A program made the translations under genes and the position numbers. Of a DNA stretch of 64,000 nt, positions 38,401 through 51,102 are shown piece by piece. The notes beneath the pieces were generated by a model. It had not been told where the DNA came from and did not search any database. It worked only from the letters and a program-made list of their open reading frames with translations. This stretch comes from Phaeosaccion multiseriatum (lineage: Eukaryota > Protista > Ochrophyta, other classes). The DNA is taken from contig OZ218956.1 of NCBI GenBank assembly GCA_965112735.1, positions 1,736,001 through 1,800,000 on the forward strand, written 5' to 3'. Positions within the stretch are counted from its first letter, which is position 1. Every line of letters starts with the position of its first letter.

Positions 38401-38948
38401 CGGTCTCCCTTTTTTGTGTCCCCGCCCTCCTCCTCGTGCTCATCCTCCTTCTCCTGCAACTGCTGCTGGTGCTGTCCATCTGCAGTACTGGGCAAGCCCG
38501 CGATGGCGGATATGTCACTGGGGCTGGCCACCGCGCCGCTGCTGTACGCCGCTGAGGACCAGAAGGACCTGCGGCCCCTCATCAAGAGGCGCTTCAGCAA
38601 AGAGTGAGTCAACCCGTCAGTTAGTCAGTCAAATAGTCAGCTGGTCCTCGTCCTCCTCCTCCCTCTCCTCCTCCACCTCCTTCTCCCCCTGCTCCTGTTC
38701 CTGACCCGCGGTGCTCCTCCTCTGCTCGCCTCTCCTCCCCCTCCCCCATTTTACTCTCTTTCAACAACAGTGGAGATGTGCAGAAGGCCTACTCCCTCGT
38801 GCTCAAGACCGACGGTGTGGAGCGAAGTAGAGAGCTGGCAAGGTGGCACGCACAGGCTGCCGTGGACGCAGTGAGCAGGCTGCCCGAGTCAGAGGCTAGA
38901 GACGCACTCATTTCAGTGTGCCACATTGTACTCACCAGGAACAAGTAA
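35487..38948 (+). CDS. Plastid-targeted trans-polyprenyl (solanesyl-type) diphosphate synthase, 8 exons
   Basis: Exons approx. 35487-35755, 36216-36375, 36581-36722, 37038-37219, 37645-37806, 38123-38312, 38486-38603 and 38771-38948. Motifs [28 protein letters not shown] (FARM), [28 protein letters not shown] (SARM), [16 protein letters not shown]. Presequence [26 protein letters not shown]|FLQP has Phe at +1 (ASAFAP-type). Small residues before FARM point to a long-chain product. Confidence 0.93.
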
Positions 38949-40106
38949 AAGTAAAAGTATGGAGGAGGCAGAGCAGAGCAATGAGTAGGGCCTTGGGGCT
39001 GTCTGGTGGGTGTACTTGGGTTATCTGGTAGGTGTACTTGGGTACATGATGCTGGGTATCTGAGTAGCTCTGTGACTAGTAGGGAGGGTGTATCGCTCTC
39101 TTGCCCAAGGCCTTGCTCTCGACACCTTTTTCTTGGGGAGGTTTTTTAAATAAGGGCGATGGATCGTGTGTACGAGTAAGGAAAGTTGCGACCTTGAGTT
39201 GGAAGGGGAGGGGAGGGGGGCAGGGGAGGGGATGGGAGAGAAGAGAGAAGACCTAGCGGCTGGAAGCTTTAGAAGCCGGACTCGACGGCACGGTTTTCAA
39301 AGCGTTGGGGGGGGGGGGGGGCGGAGAGGAGACCCAAAAGGAGGGAGGAGAGAAGGCTATGGGCTATAGAGACAGGGGGGGGGGGCGGGGGCTTTGGGGG
39401 TGTGATCTGCTTGCGAATCTTATCTATCTGTACATGACTGGGACACTCATAGTCTCTTGCCATTTTTCCGCGGGTTTTTTTGAGGGGTGGAAGATGTGGC
39501 GTGTAGGGGAGGGCGAACAAAGAAAGGGGGGGGGCGGGTGGGAGGGGCGGGTGGGGAGCGAGAGGACGGAGGGACAGGAGTGAGAAAGTGTGGAAAGGAG
39601 AAAAGAGATGGGGGAGCAATAAATGAGCCCACAGAGCACCACCAAAAGTTTCCGTCGCATCTTAGTGCCAGAGAGCAGTTTGCAGTTTGCGCCGAGGGGG
39701 GACTCTCGCAAAGGGTGGGGTAGAGTAGGGTAGGGTAGGCACTTTGCTAGTACCGTAGACAATAGCATAGCTGAAGAGAGGTAAAAAGGCATCATTATAA
39801 TTGACTTAACATTTTTCATGTAAGTGTACGTTGGTCTGGGGGGGGGGCGGCTTTTCTTGACGACTCCGAGAGAGTTCGCTCGCTTCTTCCTGGTCAAGGC
39901 AAGAAGAAGGGACAAGCCCAGAGGGAAGGTGTGTGTGAAAGGAGTGCACTTTCGCGCACCCACAACACAACGCAACGCAACGTAACGTAACGTAACGACG
40001 CAATTACGCTTTGCTTTCTCTTCATCTCTGGTGCGCTCTCGAAACTTCAGCATGAGAGTCGAAGCCTGTGATGTCATTGGTCACTACTCCCTTGATGCAA
40101 AGCCTG

Positions 40107-43100
40107 TTAGTCACTCTGATCGAATTTGAAGCTGTTACTGCCTTGGTCGATTTGGCCTCCGCGGTAAGCCCCTCGCTTCTTCTTGGTCTTCTCGTGCCGG
40201 AAGTTCTTGCCTTGCACCTGAATGCAATGGACCCCAGGGAATGTAATGGACGCCAGTGAATGTAATGCACCCCAGTGGACGATCCATGGGACGACAGGCA
40301 GCAGGAGAGACAGCAAGCACCAACAGCAGCCTGTCCCGTGAGAAGCGAAAACGAAACACCATCCCCAAAGGAGCCCCATATGCCGCCCTCCAGAGAAATC
40401 ACCCACCCCGCCTCACACTCACTCAACCCCGCCTGGGTGCCTGTCCGTCTAGCTGCCTCCCTCTCTGCCTGGCTGCCTGTCTGTCTGCCTGTGTGCCTGC
40501 CTGCCTACCTATCTGCCTGCTTCTCTGCCTGGCTGCCTGCCTGTCTACGTGTCTGCCTGCTTGCCTGCCTCTCTGTCTGGCTGCCTGCCTGCCTCTCTGC
40601 CTGCCTGCCTGTCCACCTGTCCGCCTGCCTCTCTGCCTGCCTACCTGCCTGTCAACCTGTCTGCCTGCCTGTCTGCCCGCGTACGTATCTGCTGGCGTAT
40701 GTATCTGCCTGCCTGTCTGCCTGTCAACCTGTCTGCCTGCCTGTTTGCCCGTCTTGTCTACTTATCTGCATTTTTTACTTCCCTGCCTGTCTGCCTGCTT
40801 GCCTGCCTCTCTGCCTGGCTGCCTGGCTGTCTGCCTGCCCCTTCCTCGCGCCTGGCACACTCCCGTCTAGTCCATCGATTATCCTCTGATCATGACTCAC
40901 ACCGTGGGATCGATCTACCGCCCCGCCCCCCTGCTTCAATTCACAACACTCTGTCTTTGCCCATGGCAGGATACCTCTCTCTCTCTCTCTCTCTCTCTTC
41001 TCTCCCTCTTATCGCTCCCTCTCCCTCTCTGTCTCGATAACCAGTCCAGCACAACACAGACTGCACGGAATTACCTAACTACCGAACTACCCAGCAACCC
41101 TTTCCTACCTTGGACAGAATCTCGTTGGCTTTGGCTCCGTAGCCCTGTGCTCCGAATGTGTAGTCATAGTCGTTGTTATCGAAGCCCTCTTTCAGCTTTC
41201 CCTCCCACTCCTGCAACACACACACATGCATGAGGTGGTGTATGCATACACGAACGCACGTCAGAGGCAATTTCAGATGGGGGGAAATATCAAAGTACGA
41301 CACCTACTTGTAGGCAACGAAAGGGAGGGAAGAAGGGAAGGAGGGATGAAGGGGGGAAGGGTAGAAGGAAGGAAGGAAGGAAGGAAGGAACGAGCGAGAA
41401 GGGAGGGAGGGAGGGAGGGAGGACAGAGGGAGGCGTCCAGCCCACTTGCCTCGTCTTTGACTCGCTTGAATGCTTCTCCTCGGGGCCTCTTCGCCGCTGA
41501 GCCCTTTCCGCTGTGCCCGCTGGCACCTGGCCCGTCCTTTGCGGCGCTCTGCTCGTAGGATGCAAGAAGGACGTGCGTGCGTGCGTGCGTGAGCGAGTGA
41601 GTGAGTGAGTGAGGAGGGCGGTGATTTGCGACGAGCCCTCTGTAGACTAGATACGCAGGCTGAATTGGAGGGGTGAGGCAGTACTCATCAATCAAATCGA
41701 TCGGTTGCGTCAAAGAAGAGAGCAGAGAAGGGGGGCCTACTGCAGCTTCACGCAAGAGGCCCACCCGCCCACCTACACCAGACCAGAGTCCGCGTACTCT
41801 GTACCCACCCACCCACCCATCCAACCAACCAACCACACGCACGCCCCCTCCCCCAACATCAACTCACACCCACCCACCCACCCACCAACCCACCTTTGGC
41901 TTCACTATCTTATCCATGCTCTTGGGTACCCACGCGGCTGCCGCTTCCGACGCGCTCTTCCTTCGCGCATCCTCTACCTTCTCCTTGACATGCATACGCC
42001 GCGCCTCGATCTCCTCGTCTTCGCTGCTTTCATCACTGTCGCTGTCCTCGTCACTGTCGCTGCTATCGCTATCATCATCGCTGTCGCTGTCGCTATCGCT
42101 ATCATCGTCGCTGTCGCTGTCATCATCGCGTTCGCCATCGGCATCAGAGCCAGCTGAAGCAGCCTTCATGTGGGGTGCCACCGGGGACGTGTCCTTTCCC
42201 TCTTCCTCGCTGCTACTGCTGTCGTCGTCGTCATGTTGACTCTCACTGTCTTTGCTGCCACTCTCCTCAGTCCTCTTGCGCTTCTTGGACGCCACCCTTG
42301 CGCTGTGTGACACTTGCGTCGCTTGTTTCTCCTTATCTTCCTCTTCACTGCTTCTTCCCTCGTCACTGTCGCTGCCTGAGCTCCCCGTCGCTCCATTGGG
42401 CGCCGATACACCATTGGCCTGTTCAGCCGCTCCCGCTCCTGCCAATCCCTCCTCCTCCCCCTCCTTGACGTCGTCGTCATTGTCCTCGTCGCTGTCGTCC
42501 TCGCTGCTACCACTGTCGCTGCTACTGCTACTGCTGCTATCATCGGTGGGGGGTCTGGCTGCTGCAGCAGGGGTGCCGTACAGCTTCTTGGCGATGCTGT
42601 CGAGACCGCTGCGATGCTCACTATCCTCACTGCTGTCGCCACTGCTACTGTCGTCGTCGTCATCATCGGAACCGTCCTTGCCCTCCTTCTCCTGCGCCGC
42701 TATTGCCTCAGAGTCGTCCTCCGAGGAGTCAGAGTCGTCTGATCCATCCCCCGAACTAGATTCTCCTCTGTTACCACCTCCTGCGTCTTTCCAGGCTTGG
42801 TAGATGGGCAGCAGGTCAGCCGAAAGGAACTCTAGCTCCTTCTTCTTCTGTAAAGCCTTCTCTTTGTATCCCGTCTCCTTCGCCAGAGCCTTGGCCGTCT
42901 GGGACAGACCACATGTCTAGACATAGTAAGAGCAGTGACGGCAGGAGAAGGCAAACACCGAAGGCGTGGCGCGTGGTTAGGAGGGGAGGAGGAATACTGT
43001 GGGCTGACTGAGGGAGGTAATGTAGGCAGCCAGCTGCTTTTCTAAGGAAGCTAATGGTATAGATACTTCCACGTAATGGATGGAGCTGCGTATCAAGAGC

Positions 43101-43220
43101 AGCTCGTCCCCCAAGATGGCACCTCCCTTGGTCTCTTTCTCTCCTTTTCTCTCGCCTGGCCTGTTCACTCACCCGCAGGAAGTCCCATACCAGAGGATAG
43201 AGCGCGCTTGCTTGGGTCAT
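40107..43220 (-). CDS. Srp40/Nopp140 (NOLC1)-like nucleolar phosphoprotein, 5 exons
   Basis: Exons approx. 43220-43173, 42915-41894, 41548-41450, 41210-41109 and 40217-40107. N-terminal Lis[27 protein letters not shown]; acidic Ser/Asp blocks; SRP40_C domain FKRVKDE...DNNDY...[44 protein letters not shown]. Confidence 0.92.
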
Positions 43221-43559
43221 ATTTCGGGAAAGCAAGCCATAAAAGGGATCGAGGGGAAATGGACGGGCGTGTTTCCACGACGGGGTTTCCAGGTACATCC
43301 CCAAACCGCGAAATCATTGGGTTTTTGGTTTTTAGTTTATATAGAGGTCATCCAGCTCTTTACAGCAGACAGACAGATACAGAAGGTAGTCAAGATCACT
43401 CTGTAACTTCTGCGAGAGCTTCGGCTGGTGAAGACTCCGATTGTAGACATACGCTAGTTCTGCTCCGGGCATAGCTCCTTCCCGCGTCTTCACGGAGAGG
43501 TCGGCAAATGCCATGCAGACGGGCGCACAGCAGCGCAAGATGGCTCAGGAACCTTCGAC

Positions 43560-45501
43560 GTCACACCTTAGGAGAACGGAGAGGAAACGGAGGGAGAACC
43601 CGGGTTCAAGGATGGCAATGTGGCCGATAGTGGGGTCAGCGGAACAGCGGCAACCAGGACAGGGGGGAGACAGAACAAGAGAAGAAGGAGGGTGTCGGCG
43701 CGTGCAGCTGACCCCAAAGTAGACGGTACTATGACAGCGAGTGCGCCGGCGAAGATGGCGGGGAAAGAAGGAGCCGCACCACCAGTCTCAGCTCAACTCG
43801 GCGGGGGGGCGGCCTCGGCAGCAGGAGGCCCACGGTTCTTTGACTCTGGTGCTGATACGGGAATGCAGCGCGCAGACAAGGAGAACTGGGGCGACACACT
43901 GCAGCCTCTGTCTGGCCATCACCTTAGGCAGGACAGTGCAAGTGGCAGTGCGACTGGTATCGCACCATCTGCGGCGCCTGCTAGCGTCGCGAATTTGGCG
44001 GGAAATAGTAGAGGCGCAGGAGGGAAGGGAAGAGGAGGATGAGGTGGTGTGAAGACGAGCACAGAACGGGGGGTAGGAAGAGGTAAACCGAAAGGGGGCT
44101 TAGGGACCAATGGCCCAGTCTTCGCCGGAGGGTTACAAGGCCCAGGATCGAGCAGAGGAAGAGGCCGAGGAGGACGAGGCAGAGGAGGTGGAGTGGCAGC
44201 AGCTGGGCGAGGGCGAGGAGCGACGCAGAGGCAAGGGCTGGCCGATGGTTGGGCAGAGGAGAAGGGCCCGGCGCATGGATGGAAATGACTCGTGAAGTCT
44301 GGCTGTGCTGGCACGAAATTCAATCTGCAGCTCCAGGGGGAAAGTGTTGGGGAAGACTTCATCGAAGAGAGGTATCGGTTGGTCTTTGCCAGTGTTGTGG
44401 ATAAATTCATCAAGTACATGCGGGCAAAGGATTTATCATCCATATATATCCGCTTCTTTGTCAGCGATGCGGTGCGTCTCCTGAGGGAGTGGGCGAACGA
44501 AAGTATTCACTTAAACGACTCGGAGGCAGCAGGGGGGAGGACGGGCGAGGGGCCGAAGGATAGGGCGGACATGACGACAAAAGGAGATGGAGCAGTGGAT
44601 AGGGATGTTCCTGATTACGTCTACGAGCAGCAAGTCACTCAAGACAGACGTGGACATCATGGAGGGCCAGGAGACACAGCCATACCGGCTCGACGACGTC
44701 CGGGGGGGGGGACAGTGGCACTGGAGGAAGCCCCCACCATCACGCGGTTGCCCACCGCCGCTTAGGAGGGGGCAGCGGAGGCGCACTGGTGGTCGCGGAG
44801 GAGGAGACTGCGCAGGAGGGGGGGACGGCGGAGGAGGAGACTGCGCATTGTGCAGTGGTTGTGGTGGAGAAGGAAGAAGGGGGGCGGACGGGAAAAGCAA
44901 GGCTCAGGGGACGAGGAGGAGAGACTCTGCGGGAGGAGAGGAGAGGCGCGGGAGAAGAGGAGACGGTGCAGAGGCGGCAGCGGCATCACGCGACAGAGCG
45001 CGTCCGCCGAGGGGCAGCAGTGGAGTCGGGTCCAGCGGCATGAGGGCCGCAGCGGAAGGAGCAGTGGTGGCAAAGCAGCCAGCAGAGGGGGTTGCTGGTC
45101 GGCATGTAGGGAAGAAGGCGAGTTCGAGACAGCCACGGCGGCGGCAGAAGGAGGCCGCGACGCTCTCGCACGAGTACGTCAGGGAGGATTCGAATGACGA
45201 GCTCGCGACGACCGCACAGCAGAGCCGGAAGCCGACAGCCGCGGACAGTGCCACAGGGCCAGCACGAAGGGGGGACAAGAGTGGAGGTGGAGGGCGCAGT
45301 CGATCGACACGTACAACGGGAGGGCGACACGCGTGTGCGGCCGCAGGTGGCGGGCAAGCGTGCCGTATGCCCATGATGGAAGAGAGAAACCACAAGTGCA
45401 AGACGTGTTGTGCACCTGTGCACGCCATTTGTTGTTCTGAGATCATGGGGGTGGAGGGGAGCGGTCTTGTATGTTACCAACACTTCTCACCGCTCCCGTG
45501 A
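43560..45501 (+). pseudogene. Decayed, internally deleted piggyBac-like transposase with C-terminal Cys/His finger
   Basis: ORFs 43620-44042, 44049-44288 and 44292-44765 share one frame and are separated by single TGA codons. A frameshift near 44580 joins IYIRFFVSDAVRLLREWANES...DMTTK to EMEQWIGMFLITS, resembling the piggyBac F.LFF......I...TN...T..E...FIG...M region. C-terminal HKCKTCCAPVHAICC...CYQH. No obvious introns and no catalytic DDD core recognised. Confidence 0.55.
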
Positions 45502-45561
45502 GCCACACTAGGGCCTCTGGGAGGGCACCAATACTCATATACAGCCCCTAGAAACCCACCC

Positions 45562-45589
45562 GCTAATACCCACTTGAGTGGGTATTAGC
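45562..45589. other. Perfect 13 bp inverted repeat (hairpin) downstream of the transposase remnant
   Basis: GCTAATACCCACT-TG-AGTGGGTATTAGC. Confidence 0.9.
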
Positions 45590-45911
45590 CACAAAATCGC
45601 CTACTTTTGACCGAGCATTTTCCTTCATCCCAAATGGCCTCTTCTCGTCCCCCGTTACCCGCACAACTTTCTATACCGACTGAGGACATCTTGATCTTTC
45701 ATTTTGTACGAGAGATGCATCTCCGACGGGATCACCTGTTTTTGGGCCTCCAAAGTTGTAGAGTGATGGAGTGGGTCTTAACTTTGCGGTTTAAGGATAT
45801 TTAGTATCTCATGTTGATGGAGCAAGACGCAAGAAAAGAGCACAAATACAAGGCTTGGTGAAAGAACGTGGGTGGACGCGGACGAGCGGACGTGGCTGTT
45901 ACGTGCATACG

Positions 45912-45947
<36 letters not shown>

Positions 45948-46923
45948 GGCAGGCAGGCAGACGTGAGCTCGTCAGTGCCTCAGCCAGTGAGTGAGTGAAC
46001 AGGTGAGTGAGGAAGTGAGTGCGTGCTTGCGTCAGTGAGTGAGTGAGTGAGTGGATGAGTACGTGTGTGGGCGTGGACGTGTGGACATGCGTGCGTGCGT
46101 GCGTCTGTGTGCGCGGGCGGGCGGGCGGGCAGTGCGTCTGTCAGTGAGTGAGGGAGAAGTAAGTGAAAAGTGAGTAAGTGTGCCAGTGAGGTACGTTTGC
46201 ATGAAGGCATGAGCGCGTGAATGTGTGTGCGTACAGTGAGAGGCCTACAGATTATTGGACTAGCACATAGTAAAGTACTTCGAAGTATTATTTAGAGGAC
46301 TTCGTATTTATAGGATTACATATAAATTCCAACACACTACAATACTACACGCTACTCTGCTCTAATACTATAGCCGTCTAAGTCCCGTAAGTATAGTCTC
46401 TCTATGCTGACAGCATATGCTGACAGCATACTGTATACAACACTGCCTGAGTCGCCCTCGCGTTCGAAACAAGCCCACCTTGTCCGATACTCAATACGTC
46501 GCTCGTCACGTCACTAAACCCCCGAGTTGTGCCTCTTCCCTCCCCCCCGTAACCGTCTCCTTCCTCCCCCCTTCCGTTGGCACTTGAGTAACTATTAGAG
46601 TAAGGTGATGCGCTTGCTCTTTAGTACCAGTGACCGTGTGCTTCCGTCCCTCCCCGTGAGTATCCTGTGTGTCTTAAGAAGAGAGCTCCGTCAACCAATC
46701 ACCTCCCCGTCACTCTTCAGCTCCATCCCTCTTGTAGCACCGCCGTCTCCCCCTCCCCCACTGCTCCTCGTCGGACATGGGCTGGGATGGTCGGGGGTGG
46801 GGTTGGACACCTACCGCCCAAAAGCTGCGAACCAAAAGTCGAAGAGCGGAAAGAAGAAACAAATACTGTTCAAGCTCCTCGCAGCCTCGTGATGAGAGGT
46901 AGCGTGTCGTCGACCGTCGTTGC

Positions 46924-48711
46924 TCACACTCCTTCCGCCGTCCAGCGCTGCTGTTGCTTGGCCTCTCCTCCATATGTCTGTGTAGACTGCTGCGGCATGT
47001 CCTCGAATCGATGCGGCGACGCCTGCTGCTGGTCGCGTTCGTACTCCGAAGAAGCGGGGCCGTCGCCAGCACCCTGCGGGTGCGTCTGCCTGCGTGCTGC
47101 GGCGTTGGTGTGCGAGGTGGGGCTGCCATCAGTAGGTGAGCCAGTTGTTGCCACTTTGTATGATGAAGACGGCTGCTTGCTTGGAGAGGACTGCGACGAC
47201 GACTGGTTCGAGCCCGTCGACGTGTCGACTTCGGTGCCGTAGACGGGAGCACGAAGAGTTGACTTGCTGTATGGTGCACCCGCACCTGCACCACCCGCGC
47301 CCGCACCACCTGCGCCGCTGTTGGTGTTGCCGTTGCTGCCCCTGCCTGCGAGTTCCATCCCCCCCATCATTGACGTGACCGCGTCAATCGACGCAGAGGC
47401 GGTGGCGCCATGCCCTTTCCCCTGCCCCTGTCCCTGCCCCTGCCCCTGCCCCTGCCCCTGCTGCTGCTGCTGCTGCTGCTGCTGCCCCTGCCCCTGCTGC
47501 GACGAGTAGGCCGCCACGCCTTCGGTCTCCCATTCCCCGCCGGCCCCTGCTGCTGTTGCTCCTGCGCCCCCCGCGGATGCCGCGCTGCCCGCCCCGTCCA
47601 CCTGTGCTACACTGTACCCTCCTGCCCTTGAAGGCGAAGACGTGGAGCTCCACTGCTGCGGCTGCTGCTGCGGCTGCTGCTGCTGCCCACTCATGTCATA
47701 TGCAGCCGAGGCGCCCACGCCGCCCACGCCGCCCGCGCCCACAGGGCCACTCGCCCCCCACTGGCCCCCCTTCACAACCATTCCTGTGCCCTGCCTGGAC
47801 GGGTGGTCGAACTTGCACTTGCTCCCAAAGGCACACTTGCCAGTCCTAATGTAAAAGTTGCACGCGGGCTCGCCCTGACGCTGGGGGAGCGGGCCGTTGA
47901 CATTGGCCGGTCCCTCATAACCTCCTCCGTATTGGGCGGAACCCCGACTAGAGGACTCCAGTGCCAGCTGCCCTGCCGTGGCGTGACGGAAGCGGCAGGA
48001 GCTTCCGTAGTTGCACTCAGACGTCCTCAAGAAGTGGCGGCATGGCACCCGCATCATCATCTCCTCCTGCCAAGTCTGTGCTAGCGTGCCAGACAGCTCT
48101 GGCGAGTGGTTAAAGTGACACGAAGGCCTGCACGAGAAGAGGGTTGGGGTCATCGCATGGTGGCACGAGGAAAGCGGCAAGAGAGCAGCAAGGTGAGTCA
48201 TTACCCTACTTCAGTCTATGAGTCATATCACCAAGTTCACGTGTGTCAGGACTGTTGGTTGCTCTTACCCGTATTTACATGTCCCCGTCTTGAGGAAGAA
48301 CAGGCAGTCCTTGGCTCCCGGCCGGATGGGAAGGTGGTGGTGTTGCGGCTGACCCAGCTGCTGCGGGGCCTGTTGAAGATGGTGCTGTTGCTGCTGAGCC
48401 AAGTGGGCCTGTGGGTGCTGCTGCGGCAGGTGATGTACCTGCTGATGCTGCTGCTGGTGGTGATGCTGGAGCTGCTGCTGCCTGGAGCCCAGCTCATGCT
48501 GCTGAGGATGCACCATAGCCTGCTGAGTCATGTGCTGGTGGTACAAGGCCTCCGGCTCGCGTCTGTCGTCCTCAAGATACTGCTGTGGCGAGAGGAAGCT
48601 CTCCTGCGGCTGCCACTGCTGCTGCTGCTGCTGCTGCTGCTCAAAACTCCCCTGTTGGTGCGCTTCCCCGCCTGTGTATTCCATCGTGAGCTGCTGGTGC
48701 TGTTGTACCAT
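46924..48711 (-). CDS. CCCH zinc-finger RNA-binding protein (three C-x8-C-x5-C-x3-H fingers), 2 exons
   Basis: Exons 48711-48269 and 48127-46924. Fingers: PIRPGAKDCLFFLKTGTCKYGPSCHFNH (split by the intron), CRHFLRTSECNYGSSCRFRH and PQRQGEPACNFYIRTGKCAFGSKCKFDHP. Q/H- and G-rich disordered regions. Confidence 0.9.
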
Positions 48712-49372
48712 ATCCTCGAAACTGAAGGCTTGTACCTCCCTTTCTTATCTACAACCAACGCTCTTTCTAATGATTCACCTACGGTCTGTGTTGGCGAGAA
48801 TGCGTAATTTTGTCCGACGGCTCACACCCATAGGATTTTGCAGTTGAGCTGGCGGTCCGCGGAATGAACCGTTCGTAGCAACGGTATCAAACGGTAAACG
48901 TCCCCAAGCTGGAACCTGGCCCGCGGCGAGGCTTGGCAGCCTTTTTGCCAACGGCCTCAGAACCTTGTCAGGGGCCGAACAGTCCAGGTTCTGGGTTAAT
49001 GGTATGCGCCGATCATAGATCATAGTCACTGAGCCCCCCCCCCGAAGAACACGGAGGGGGGATGGTTTGTGCCACCTCAGAAATGCATGCCCTCCTAGAC
49101 CCCTACCTCACTCTGAGTTCCTACCAACCTACGATACTGTAGTAAATCCCGTTAAAAAAAAAAACCTTCCTTGGCTGAGAGTCGAAGCCTACTTAAAACA
49201 GCGGGCTGGGCTGGTCTGGGCTGGACTTGGACTGGCAACAGCACAAGGCGGCTTGGTCTTTGGGTGGAACAACATTTGTATTCTTCATTTGCCTATGATT
49301 ATGCTCGTAGTACTGTACACACTCCGCGCCGACCTTGCCTCCCGAAGGAGGACTCCTCCTCCTCCTCCTCCC

Positions 49373-51102
49373 TCAACACAACAGAACCTTGAGCAGCTTG
49401 TGGCGGTTGAGCTTGTTGGCGCTCTCGCCGGTGCGCAGGTGCTGCCTGGACACCCACATCTGGTGCCTTCTGCGCGCCTTGCGCTCGCTCCTCACCACGG
49501 CGGCAGACGCAGTCATTCCGCTGTAAAAGGTGGACACCTCCTGCGTGTTGCTGCGGTTCCCACTCAGCCCCCCGCCCCGCCGAGCTGCCTTGGCGTTGGC
49601 TGCCGTGGCGCCGCCCTTTCCGTAGAGCTTGAGCAGGCGGGTGTGCTGCTCGCTCTGGAGGGCGAGCACCCCCGCGCGGTCCTCCTCGGCTCTGACGTTC
49701 TGCTTGTAGTACCGCTGCAGCTCCCTGTGCCCGAGCTTCTTCCCGTCCAGGAGCACGAGCTCGCCCAGGTGCGATACGTACATGGTCCGCTTCATCTTAA
49801 TGTACTTTTGGGCCTCCTTCTCGTCCGCCTCCTCCCCCTCCTCCCCCTCCAAGACAGCGTCATCTCCCCCCTTCGCTTCCTCCATATCAATGTCCCCCTC
49901 CTCCTTCACACCGCTCACCTTCATCTCCTCCTCCTCCTCCTCCTCCTCCACGAGATCCTCTGCCCCAGCCTCCAGGTAAGACGCAGAAAAGTCGTAAAAG
50001 GGGTCATACTCGTGTGCGTCCTGGCCCTCCTCGTAGAGAAGCTTGCAATGGCCGCTGTCAATCATATGCTGCTGTACTGCCCGGTAGCTGTGGAACCCCT
50101 TCCCCTTGCCGTTGCAGTACAGACACATGAGCCCCAGCTTGACCTTCTCTCCCAGGTAGGTCACCAGCCCCTCCAAGTCCACCAAGTACTCGGCGTCGGG
50201 GATGAAGAATCCGTGCTCCTTGAGCATGTGTTCACAGTTCGCGTCCACGTCCTTAAACACCTTGGAACAGAAGAGGCAGGCTGTTGGCCCCAGCTTCGGC
50301 GGATTCATCACCACCGCCTCCTGCCCCTCCTCCTTGCCCTCGCCCTCCAAGCCTTGCGTACTAATAGTGACAGCAGTTTCGGTAGAAGGGGTGCCCATCG
50401 CTGCCACTCCCGCTCCCTCCTCCTCTACCTTCGAAGGAGGTGCAGGGGGCTGAATGTTTGCCTCCGGCGTGGCCGCAACCTCCTCCTCCTCCTGCACTCC
50501 ATCCTCAGCTTCAGAGTCGCTGCTGTCCGAACTATCAGCCTCAGATCCGTCGCTACCCTCGTCATCCAAAAGAGGCGCAGCTCTTTGCTTGACCACCTGC
50601 CCGTTCTTCTTGGCCATTTTTGCCACCATCTGCCTATGCTTCTTGGACGCATTGTGCTGGTCGTGCCTGCGCCAGCCAAGAGCAAGGCGGTGGGGGGGGA
50701 GCGGCGTGAATGGATAGGGCCAATGGGTTTACAAGCAGAAAAAGGGAAAGGAGGGCGACGGAGAGCGACTACGGTTGGCAAGAAAAGGAGACGAAAGGCA
50801 GGCAGGCACCACCGCCCTAGGCACCCTCGCCCCCTGTCAAGCGCCCGCCAGACTCACAATCCTTTGCTGCTGAAGCTCTTCCTGCAGAGCTTGCACGTTC
50901 CGTGATACTCGGGCTTCTTCACCGACATGCCCATCACCGCAGCCAGCCTCGCCTGGAAGGTTTGCTCGGGGACTGGCGCCAGCCCCGCCACCTTTCGCTT
51001 GAGGTTGTAGCGGTGCCAGTCCAGCTTGTAGTGCTCTCGCTGCTCCTCATGAGAGTTGAAAGCGCTTGCGCAAGCCGTGCACGTGAACACGCCCGCCAAC
51101 AT
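49373..51102 (-). CDS. REI1: Cytoplasmic pre-60S maturation factor REI1/ZNF622, 2 exons
   Basis: Exons approx. 51102-50858 and 50666-49373. Motifs [10 protein letters not shown]...[24 protein letters not shown]; CKLCRKSF...H...SKKH; CLFC...[30 protein letters not shown]; CLYCN...[13 protein letters not shown]; [12 protein letters not shown]. Confidence 0.95.

Noticed and set aside
44040-44288. In-frame TGA codons as selenocysteine or programmed readthrough
   Set aside because: They co-occur with TAA/TAG stops and a frameshift in the same element, lack a redox-motif context, and no SECIS was recognised. Pseudogene decay is simpler.
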